NCBI RefSeq assembly: GCF_964355755.1
Contig: NC_092675.1
Location: forward strand, 19,068,912-19,132,911
Direction of reading: 5' to 3'
DNA: 64,000 nucleotides
Source of the DNA: Antedon mediterranea
Taxonomy: Eukaryota > Animalia > Echinodermata
The position numbers and the translations under genes were made by a program. Of the stretch, positions 12,698 to 23,010 are shown one piece after another. Each line of letters begins with the position of its first letter. Position 1 is the stretch's first letter. The notes under the pieces were generated by a model that worked only from the letters and a program-made list of their open reading frames with translations, searched no databases and was not told the DNA's origin.

Positions 12698-12770
12698 CAA
12701 TGTTAGGTTTTTGTTGACATGTTTATTTTTATGTAAAGGCTATCCATACGGTGCCTTTAAGGGGCCGGAA

Positions 12771-13472
12771 TGTTAACTTTGAATAGTATAATGTCGCCCT
12801 CTATTTCATGTTTGGTGAGCAAGAGGTGACTTTTCTCCTAGTAAGGTCAGATTGCCATAGTAACGGGCAGATTGTCTCAGAGTTGTTCTTTGGGATAGTT
12901 CATAGCCTAGATAAATACACTAATAGTCAAAAATATGTACTGTAATCTATAGGTTCTGGTGAAGAAACAGATGTAAGTTTATGATGCTTTATATTTAGAT
13001 AATATAATCTTTTGTATCATTTAACTGTAGCCTACTAGATAATTACAAATTACTGACTCAATTATACTATAATCTAGGCCTAGGCCTACTGTTAAATTGA
13101 AGTAATGGTAATACAGTAATGATTAATCGATCATTTTCTATAAATCTAGTTTAATATGATTGTTGAGCTATTTAGCTTAGATGTTCCAATTGTTATACCA
13201 ATTGATTATTTAATTACAATGACGGCTTTGATTATCCATTAATTTACAGTTTAAACCGTTCGATCTATTGTTCGTTCCACTGCTGTGTGTTCGTTCAACA
13301 TCTATTCATTGTGTGCTCAACCAATTGTTCGACCATTCAACCAATCGTTTTACCAATTTGTCAAATCGTTCGTTTCATTGCCGTGTTGAATAAACATTAT
13401 TTATATCTATACCTTTGTGAACGCGTTTAATTCGTTTTGACTCCCAGAACCGCACGTGACGTCAAGGTTACA
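12771..13472 (+). repeat. 3' LTR (702 bp)
   Basis: Direct repeat of the 5' LTR, followed by TSD ATAGG. Confidence 0.97.
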
Positions 13473-13689
13473 ATAGGTGGGCCATTTGTATGCATAATGA
13501 CAGGTTTAGCCGCTGTTAAGTTGAGGCACTGTGTGTGTGGAACCGGGACAAGATCTTTATTAAATAATTATTACAACACAACAGGATATGCGGTTTCCCC
13601 ACCACCCAGACCCAAACAGCTGATCGTCCACACTGCGCAGTCAGAGAGAGGAGACTGTACAGCATGCACTGTCGTCATGTCTTATTAAA

Positions 13690-14090
13690 TTAGGGCCTAC
13701 TTAGTCCTAGCTAGAGCTTTTAGGCATCTAGGTAGTCCTTCCTACTAGGCCCTAGTACTAGACCTAGGCCTAGGCCCTAGCCGCCTATTTCTATTATTAT
13801 ATATTTTCTAGCCTATCCAGCAGGGCCACCAGACCGTGTCAGTGTGTGTGATATCCTCTACCAAGCCTAAACTAATAAAAGCAGAGGCCTAGCCTAGCTA
13901 GCCGCCTACATATAGGATTAGGCAATATATTACCAAAATAATTGAAAAACACTTGCTTTGTATTCTGATTAAATGTAAAAGCATGTCAAAATTTTCCATT
14001 GCCTCCTCTCCGATCCCTTCAATAATTCTCTCCTCTTCTTTTTTTTCTTTTGTGACTAGTTGTTTTTAAAGAGCGCCACCAACTTGTATA
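13690..14090 (-). promoter_or_regulatory. Probable PPM1K promoter, non-coding first exon and start of intron 1
   Basis: The PPM1K ATG exon is preceded by a splice acceptor (~5848), implying an upstream exon. Candidate donor near 13932; TAGGCCTA-rich tract like that in DCTN4 intron 1; GCGCCACC motif near 14073. Inferred. Confidence 0.4.
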
Positions 14091-14680
14091 AAGGCAAAAA
14101 CAAAACGTAAATCTGCTGTGGTTTTCGAATCACAGATTTAATATAGTGTTTTCGATCCCATAGGCCTATATTAAATGCTTCATTTGAAAAAAAAACATTT
14201 TGGAGATTTTATTTTTCTGATCTGTGGGTGATAGTTGAAATTACTTTGTAAACACTATTCTTTTTTACTCAAAATTGTAATAGGCCTAGAGAGGCATTAA
14301 ATTAAATAATCATATGAAAAATAAAGTAATTAACATTTTGTCACAGCAAAAACATTTTATCCGAAAATAAACTTTTATTTTATTTAATTTTCGCTGTACC
14401 TACAATATAATACTATTGTATATTATTGTGTTTGTTTGTTTGTTTGTAGTGTGACATTTAATTGACTTGAACCCAGGGCGATTGTTAGCCAAACCACCAA
14501 GCATGCACCAAAGCCACAACTTCATAATGTAGCCTGTATTGTCCCCAAAAAACATGAAAACTGAACTTTAATAACAGACTTTCAGTATTTTATTTTGCAG
14601 TTTTAAAAGTTATTCCCTTCCTTATAAATACAAACAAAACAAAATAATGATTTCACTTATATTATAAAAGGTGGTTAATT

Positions 14681-15894
14681 AGATTATATGCATTCAATTA
14701 TCTTGAAAAATCAGTTTCATCCAGCTAAGTCAATTTTTCAGCAGAGTATATACCTTATGGCCAGGAATCGATGTGGTTATGTTTTCACGGTGCGCAATAA
14801 AAAAATATGCGGTCTACGCACGATTTAACGAAATCACGTTTGTAATCATATTATCTTCATGAAGCATGAATCACAATTAAACAAAATTTGGTACTCATAC
14901 ATTTCAGGTCATATTTCATCATAATGGCAATACAAGTACGCGCACTTAAAATTTTCGATGAAATTAGAGTAGGCCTACGTTTCAGGATTGCCATGAGTGC
15001 GCAGATTTTTGCACGCGCACTGCGCATTAAACGGTAATATGCACTCTTTTTGACTGTTTTACAACCTTTCTTTAATAATATCATCATATTTGAGTTACTT
15101 TTCAATTCGAAATTGCGTTATACGAGCACGTCAAAAGTGACAGGCTACGCACGTGTAAGTTAACAAAATAGTGAAAATATGTTAAATTTTAAAATTAATA
15201 TAGATCGTTAGAATGCTCGGGACACCTATTTTGCAATTCAAGTGATGTATCATATGTGATGATTACTGCCTTTCCGCTGAAAAGTCTGCCGACATTTCTG
15301 CCTGGCTGCTCCGTAAATCTCTTTTATCATATGTATGATTTATTATAAAATTAAGAGAACAAAAGGTGATTAAGTCATCATTAATTGCATATTCAATTTA
15401 ATAAAATTAATTTTGACAATCAAACTAAAACAATCTCTACTAAAGTGGTTACTGTAAATACAAGGAGGAATCTTTCTTCAACTTTTAGTCAGCTGTGTAT
15501 GGCTGGGTGGTCTGTGCTCGTCAAGGTACGAGGTCGAGTCTCAATTGGGAAACAAAAAGAAATAAGATCTTTTTTTTCCGTATTATTTGTTCAATTTTAT
15601 TCCTTAGTGTATAGATTATACACATGATTTATAATTAAATTTAGATAAAAAGTAACTTATGTCTTTATTATTATGTAACAAATGTGGTTTATGATATTAT
15701 ACACAGATGGATCTTTGATCGGATTGTGATACCGGCTATTGTATTTGCGTTAGCAAGATCCTATCATATAATATAAATAAACAAAGATTCCGACAAAATC
15801 AATCAATCAATATATCTTTTAAAAATCAATTATCTTTATTTAAATCAATGTATGTAACCTATAATTCGTCATAGTGACGAATAAAATCTTACTT
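14681..15894 (+). mobile_element. Helentron/DINE-1-like non-autonomous element, copy 1
   Basis: 5' subTIR AGATTATATGCAT; 3' inverted subTIR ATGTATGTAACCT (15848-15860), then hairpin ATTCGTCA-TAG-TGACGAAT and TT; body homologous to 19159-20177. Confidence 0.65.
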
Positions 15895-16135
15895 AAACTT
15901 ACTTATAATTCCTACCTGTACTCCTGATCTTTATATCATATTAATTTAATGTTGTCATGCAATCCTTCAAACAATATATAAAACGTACTTTTTATATATA
16001 TTTTCACACTCAATAAGTGGTCTACATCCGTGACAGCACAAATGTGTGGTATATAGTGTGCGATTGTACTATGGTACAAGATGCATGATGCTGTTAGCCA
16101 TCTTGGTACCAGTTTGGCTACCAATGATGTTGACA

Positions 16136-16180
16136 CCAGTCTACCACGATGAGGTAGCATCTCCGACTTCAGACTGGGAT
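16136..16180. repeat. Hairpin-forming terminus of another interspersed repeat, abutting a T-tract
   Basis: CCAGTCT..CTACC-N7-GGTAG..AGACTGG followed by poly-T; the same sequence occurs inverted at ~28985-29021. Confidence 0.6.
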
Positions 16181-17010
16181 GTTTTTTTTTGTTTTTTGTT
16201 TTTTGTTTTTTGTTTTTTTTAAATTCCTTATCGAGCTAAAACTTATATTAACTTAAATAAGTGAAGATTATTGAGTAAATTACTTATTTTAACTATTTAC
16301 TATACAATAATATAGGCCTAAAACCTATTATATACGAAATTCATAATGAAAAATATTTTAATAATTACAATATTATTTTTGGGGGGTTTTTTTTTTTAAA
16401 TTATTTCTTACTAACTAAATCAACTTACGATAACATTTTTTTAATTAAAATTTATTATTAAAATATAAACTCGTAAAAAAATTAAACCAAAAACTTATAT
16501 CAATTAAATATTATTAACAATTTTTTGGAAAACTAAGTAAATAATGTTGTTTTTGTTTTTTCCTTTTTTTTTTGTATTGCTTACTATCTAAAAACTTACA
16601 TTAGCATAATAACGGGAAGTTTAATTACTGAAACAAATTACTTTATTTTAATCATTATTATCAATAATCTATTTTTAATTTATTATTGGTATTATTAATA
16701 TCCTCATTAGAGCTTTTTTTTATCATTATAATGTAACAATAGCATATTGTTTTTAATCCACATTACTTATCATTATTACTGTTTTTCTAAGTACAAGTGC
16801 TGCAGTAATCTACATTTTTAAAACGTTATTTTATATATTTATTACCTTAGTACTTAGATATTGCACATCTTAGAAAATCTATTTAGTTTAACTTTTCTTT
16901 AATCAATTTAATCGTCTTAACATTCCTGTAACTATATTCTAGATCTAATCCCTTAAACTGTTTTTTTAATGATGGTTACTTAAATTATGTTTGAAATTAT
17001 CTTAATTTGT

Positions 17011-17879
17011 TTAAGAACTATCGTCATTATTCTCAAAATAGAATGAGTCTTGTAATTCAAATTTCTCAAGAATTGCGTTAATTATTAAGTAAGCTATTGC
17101 TGATGGCTTTACTGTTGTAAGAGATATTTTATTTGTAATCAAATATTTGACAGATTCGTGTCTCACTCTTTCTATTCTACGTTTGTTGTTGTTGGTTGTA
17201 GCTTTACTGATAGCAATATCGCAATAAATGTGAACAAAATCAAGACAAGTGACACTATTGATATTAAAGTTTACTATCTGTAGTATTTTAAATTCTATTT
17301 GGGCATTTTTTTTAGGATTAAAGAAGCCAAGATTCCGGAGGCAGTCACAAGCATAAGGGATGATGTGTTTAGATTGGTATCGTTCAGCACATTTCAATGC
17401 AAGGCAAAATGATGCAATTGCATATTCTTCGAGATCTTCAAGTTGAAATGCTGTGTAATCAGAGATTAGTACATTTTCTATAATTGTAAGGCTACGATGA
17501 ACAATATCATAATCGATCATGTATTCATAACGTATGAGTTCAGATCGAATATTACATAAAAATTCTACCATATGATCTTTAACTGATTGTGATTCAAAAT
17601 GTGCCCATGGATTTTCAGATATTTTTTCACGATTAATTAATGAATTAAAATATTCTTTATTAGATTCAAGTTCCAAATTTTCATTTGAAATGTCGTTAGA
17701 ATTGCTATCATCACTACCTGGAAAATGAAACAAAACATCACCATGTCCTACTACTACAACAGTGCTACTATTAGTACTACTAGACTTTTCTCCTATGCTG
17801 CTACTGCCACTGTTGTTGCTACTAACACTAACTACTCTCACCACTATTGCTACTAGTGCTATTGGGCATAGTGCTGCAG

Positions 17880-17936
<57 letters not shown>

Positions 17937-18686
17937 TCACTATCACTGTCAATACTAATAATGATGTCACTATCACTACTCCTATCTCTACTTATTATAA
18001 TAGGCATATCATTTGTATTTGGAGACATTTGATCTTCACTAGGCCAACTACTATCACTATCACTGTCAATACCAATAATGATGTCACTATCACTACTCCT
18101 ATCACTACTTATTATGATAGGCATATCATTTGTATTTTGAGACATTTGATCTTCACTAGGCCAACTACTACTATCACTATCACTGTCAATACTAATAATG
18201 ATGTCACTATCACTACTCCTATCACTACGTACTATGATAGGCATATCATTTGTTTTATGGAGACAACATTTGATCTTCACTAGGCCAACAACTACTATCA
18301 CTATCACTGCTGCTACTAATAATGATGTCACTATCACTACTTATATCACTACTTATTATGATAGGCATATCATTTGTATTTGAAGACAACATTTGGTCGT
18401 CACTAGTAGGCCTATTTAATTCATGATTAAAATGACAATAATTGATATCAGCTGATTTGTTTTCCGATTTTATAAGTTTATCTAATTCGTGTAAATTACA
18501 AGTTGGGTTAACATTAGCGTTTCTTCTGACATAAGGACGCGCCCTGTTTCTAGGCCTAGACCTTCTATTATTCCTCACCTGGAGGAACCTAGCGTACTTA
18601 GCGGCGGGATACTCATTTGGTCTCACCGCATTCTGGGCTTCTTCTAAAGAAGCATTATATCTTCTTTTAAATATCAACTTTGCCAT
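17011..18686 (-). pseudogene. Divergent cyclin with basic N-terminus and Ser/Asp/Ile-rich tandem repeats; ~557 aa if two +1 frameshifts (18257, ~17830) are corrected
   Basis: Cyclin-box pattern: EYFNSLINREK, VKDHMVEFL (cf. MRAILVDWL), LEEYAIASFCLALKCAE (cf. LQLVGVAAMFIASKYEE), EFKILQIVNFNINSVTCLDFV (cf. ERKILKVLNFDL..PT..DFL), KPSAIA. ORFs 18686-18255, 18337-17828 and 17976-17011 step through successive frames. Confidence 0.75.
17880..18412. repeat. (ACT)n microsatellite plus ~4 tandem units of ~117-123 bp
   Basis: Units repeat ACTATCACTATCACTGTCAATACTAATAATGATGTCACT...GGCATATCATTTGTATT...CATTTGATCTTCACTAGGCCA; on the minus strand they encode ~39-41 aa units. Confidence 0.92.
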
Positions 18687-19158
18687 AGCAGATGATGTAA
18701 GTATAGCAAACGTAATAGGAAATAGATGTATAGTATTTCCAAACTGAATTGCACGGTAAAAGCGGTTTTATTTCGTTTTACATCGATTCGGATTGAAAGA
18801 ATTTTTCATTCTGACTTAAATTTGGAATAGTCGTTAGTTATTTTCGAATATTTGATGACGTAACAATGGTTGCGCTGTTCTATTGTAAGCGCGGTGAGCG
18901 CACTAACTAGCCAATTGAATACCACTATTGTTACTAATACTGCTCTTGGAAACTATACTCTCTTAAATGCGCGCGCACTACACAGCGTCATCTCTCTGTA
19001 TACATCAAAGATTTTATATAGTTGTCGGCGGCTTTATCTCACTGGTATACATCTGTTAATTAGAAAGAGCGCGTTCTTTAGACTGGACGACAAACCAACA
19101 TTTTTCTTTAAATAAAAACCAATGGTTCAACATTGGTTCATGTTGCTATATTATTATT

Positions 19159-20177
19159 AGGTTATATGCATTATCATGCATATAACCTTTGATTCTGTCA
19201 GAATCTTAGTTTATTTATTCTTTCCTTAGCACTATTTTGTCCGTCAATTATCTTGATATCAGTTTCATCTAGCTAAGTGAATTATTATGGCAAGGAATCG
19301 ATGTGGTTATGTTTTCACGGTGCGCAATCAAAAATTACGCGGTCTACGCACGATTCAACGAATCACGTTTGTAATCATAATCTTAACAACAAGCATGAAT
19401 CACAATTAAACAAAATTTGGTACTCACACATTTTAGGTCATAGTTCATCATATATGGCAACAATTACGTGTGTAGCGCATATAACGCATGCGTATATGCG
19501 CGCTTAAAATTTTCAAAATTGTCAACATTTATTTTCGAAGAAATTAGAGTACGTTTCAGACAATTTTAAGCCTTTAAAAAATTGCCATGAGTGCGCCGAT
19601 TTGTTCACGCACACTGCGCGGTAAACGTTAATATGCATTCTTTTTGCCCGATTTCTGTTTCACAACCTTCTTTAATAATATCATCATATTTGATTCATCT
19701 TGAAATTGCGTTATACGAGCACGTCAAAAGTGACAGGCCAGCTACGCACGGTGAAAATATGCTAAATTTTAAAATTAATAAGCCTATAGGCCTACTAATA
19801 GATCGTCAGAATGCTCGGGACACCTATTTTGCCTTTCATTTTTTTAAAAGTGTACCACCGGTATGTAATATGTATGATTTATTATTAAGAGAACAAAAGT
19901 TGATTAAGTCATCATTAATTGTGCATATTCAATTTAAAAAAATTAATTTCGACAATCAAACAAACTATGACATTTTCTTGGGCCGAAATAACAAACGTAA
20001 TATTAACTTTATTCAGTAAAAATGATATACTTTGACAGTGCGTCAAATTTTCAAATCTTTTAAGTTGTCATGATAGTAAAACATTATAATTCATGCGGTA
20101 TGCAATAACTGTACCTGCACCAAAGTGGAACTGCATAGTAAATACACAGTTTCTTCAACTTTAAGTCTGTGCTCGTA
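19159..20177 (+). mobile_element. Helentron/DINE-1-like non-autonomous element, copy 2 (3' end not found)
   Basis: Perfect 13-bp palindrome AGGTTATATGCAT-TATC-ATGCATATAACCT at 19159-19188; ~700+ bp diverged direct repeat of 14681-15540. Confidence 0.65.
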
Positions 20178-21726
20178 TCTATCTATTTTCTTTTTTTGAT
20201 CCAATTTGTTGTCAAAATAAATAACTATTATTACTTTATGTGACACTAAAATATGACATTTATAGAAAAGAAAATAATTTTTTCTTTAGGTTTTGATTTT
20301 AAATTTATAATTATATAATTTTAAAAGGCTGCCTGTTGACGCTTTGCAGCGTTCAGGTAGTATGTGTTGACGGATATTGCGTCGTGTTATTGGTCACTGA
20401 GCCTGATTAAATTGTTGATGTGAGTACTACAAACAATATTTTGTTTTGCAAGGTTTTGTTTTGATAGTTTAAAAGCAATTACATACTAGTAATTAAATAG
20501 ATTAGTGCTTTGAAAAGATGTGTTATAATACTATACTGACGAATAGTTGATTTAAAAGCTAGATTAACACGCATAAACCATAGTCCTACTAAGGATTTTC
20601 AGGCCGAGAGTTCGTAATTTTAAGCCTTCTGCACACACGCCGTCGGCAGGTTATCCATGCATGACATTGAGAGATTTCCTGTTGTTGCTTCTTCTTGTCA
20701 AGCCTAGAGGAGGCCTAGCCTTCACTTTAGTTACATGTACGTACGCGGTGTTTCGAAAACAGAGACCTCGAAAAAAGGGGGACCCAATTAAGGCTCATGA
20801 TACCCCTCTCTTTTCGAGTGTCACTTTAAATAATGTGTATTAATATCCCGAGTTCGAGGATACACCTTCGTCCTTACCTTATTTATATGAATATGATGAG
20901 TTCATTTTTTTTAATAAAGAAATAATATAATACATAATAATATTATAAATATTATAATACGCATCACTTTCTTTCATCATGGAGGTATGAAATTAGATTT
21001 TATCATTTATTTTATACCTCCATGCTTTCATGTTATATTTAAATTTTTTTTATATAATCAAAATGATACTAGCCTAGTGCGTATTTTTAGACTAGCTATG
21101 TCTATCTACAGTAGTTTTTACAAAAAAAACATATCAATTCTCAATTCCTTTTCCATCAATTTTTATTTATTTATGATGCATTCCATATAATAATAATAAT
21201 AAGATTTATATGGCGCACATATCCACAAAAATGCTCAAGGCGCTTGTGAAAAACCATGAAAAAACATAAAAATATAAACCTTGAAACCAAAATATAGTAT
21301 TTTTTTGTTAATGAGAATATAACTAGCCATATCTTAGAAATAAAATAAAATACAAGAGTTAAATAAATGTATGGCCAATGTTACGGTAATTATGAAAGTC
21401 TAACAAATTTCTAAGACTGTACAATATTTTAATGTTTATTATGAAAATTGTATGCGTCGCAGAAAGGACAGTAAATGGACATGACTTTTAAGAAGGTTTA
21501 CGTATTGTAATATTCTCCTCATTTAGAAGAGATTTTAAAATTTGTTTTGTATTATTATGTTACAGATAGTTGTTTTAGATGACTGAATAATTATAGAATT
21601 TTAACTGCAAATTAATTAAATAAATAATAAAACTAACTATTAAATGTTGTGGACGAGACAATTATGAAATTTGAAACGTAAATAGGAAATTTAATAAACA
21701 AAATATGTGTTATAAAATTCTTGACT

Positions 21727-22010
21727 ATAGAGTTCTGCGGTGCTGACATCACGATGATAGGTGGCGCTGCATGGTTTGCTAGCCAACCAAAAAATGCGTT
21801 TAACCTGCCTGAATGACTCCTAGTTATAAAAACATTAACTAAAATTTCAAAAGATCATTAAATATCTGTTTTTAATACGGTAATCTATTTATTCTTCAAC
21901 TACAGTTTAAGTTTAAACAAAAAAAAGTTAAGATACATAATTTGATAGAAACACAAATCTATAGTGGTTATCGCCATCTACCGTTGTGACGTCACACCGC
22001 AGAACTCTAT
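21727..22010. mobile_element. MITE, superfamily unassigned
   Basis: Inverted termini ATAGAGTTCTGCGGTG...CACCGCAGAACTCTAT, with further imperfect pairing internally. Confidence 0.75.
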
Positions 22011-22059
22011 GTACTATAGGGACATAGAGTAACTATATCTGGCAAAAAAATGTTTAAAA

Positions 22060-22440
22060 GATTCATTCAAATATCTTGGAGTTGTGTTTGATTCTCAATT
22101 AACATGGTCAGAATGAAACGAATTGGTGTTATCCGACGTGTAAAGTACTAAATACCAGGAAATACTCTCAAAATGTTAGCTAATGCTTTAGTAATACAAT
22201 ACCTTATTTTAATTACTGTGACTGTGTTTGGTCAAATTGTAATGCAAATCTTGCAAACTCTCTCCAAATACTGTTAAACAGACTTGGAAGAATTTGACTT
22301 TCCACAGATATTAAAACACCAGTTAAGATATTTTTAAGTTCTTTGGGGTGGTGTACACTTAGTGATAATTGGGAAGGACAATTACTTATAATGTTATTCA
22401 AGTGTCTAAATGATCATGCTCCATGCTACTTATTAAACAA
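22060..22440 (+). mobile_element. Decayed CR1/L2-type LINE fragment (RT C-terminal region)
   Basis: Interrupted peptides KYLGVVFDSQLTW, LANALVI and YCDCVWSNC, typical of CR1/L2 ORF2. Confidence 0.7.
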
Positions 22441-23010
22441 ATTTTGAATGTTTTAAATTAATGCTTTAATCCCTTTTTTTCACTTGTGCTCCATTTTTTT
22501 TCTAACCCTAACCCACTAAAAGGAATATAAAACAATTGAGTAAAAATATTAATAACACTGTTTGTTAGACAGCATTTTATTGTAATTGTTTCCTTTAACT
22601 ATAAATTATAGAAAAGAAACAATAGTTGCTACGGTATAAATAGATGAACATATGCTAAAACACCTGTCTAATACAGTCAAGAGGGTGTTTTTAAATACTT
22701 TCATTTAATAAACCAAATAAATATTAAATACCTGGCAATACCTAAAGTATAGTTCATGTTTAACAAAAATAATGATTTCACTTTTATAAAAACACAAAAT
22801 TGTTTTTTTGTAAAATCAATGCTGATAAACAATTGTTATATGTAAACAAATAATTTTTTTTTTTGATCCAATTTTTTGTCGTAAAAAATAAAGATTATTA
22901 CTTTATGTAACATTAAAATGGCATATTCGACAACAACAAATGAGACAAATTTGTTTTTTTAAATTATGTTCAGGTCAAACAAACAGATGTCAAGTATGTA
23001 AATTGCAGAG

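Larger units (their letters stand above)
6311..13472 (+). mobile_element. Full-length BEL/Pao LTR retrotransposon
   Basis: TG...CA LTRs at 6311-7017 and 12771-13472; 5-bp TSD ATAGG (6306-6310 and 13473-13477); purine-rich tract AAGGGGCCGGAA before the 3' LTR; single long gag-pol ORF. Confidence 0.97.

Noticed and set aside
17762-18383. Plus-strand Thr-rich or poly-Leu ORFs resembling a secreted mucin
   Set aside because: Antisense readings of the (ACT)n and 117-bp repeats; the minus strand links to the cyclin domain.
14681-20177. Direct repeats as the LTRs of a cyclin-carrying retroelement
   Set aside because: No TG..CA termini, TSD, PBS or PPT; many indels; termini fit Helentron/DINE structure better.
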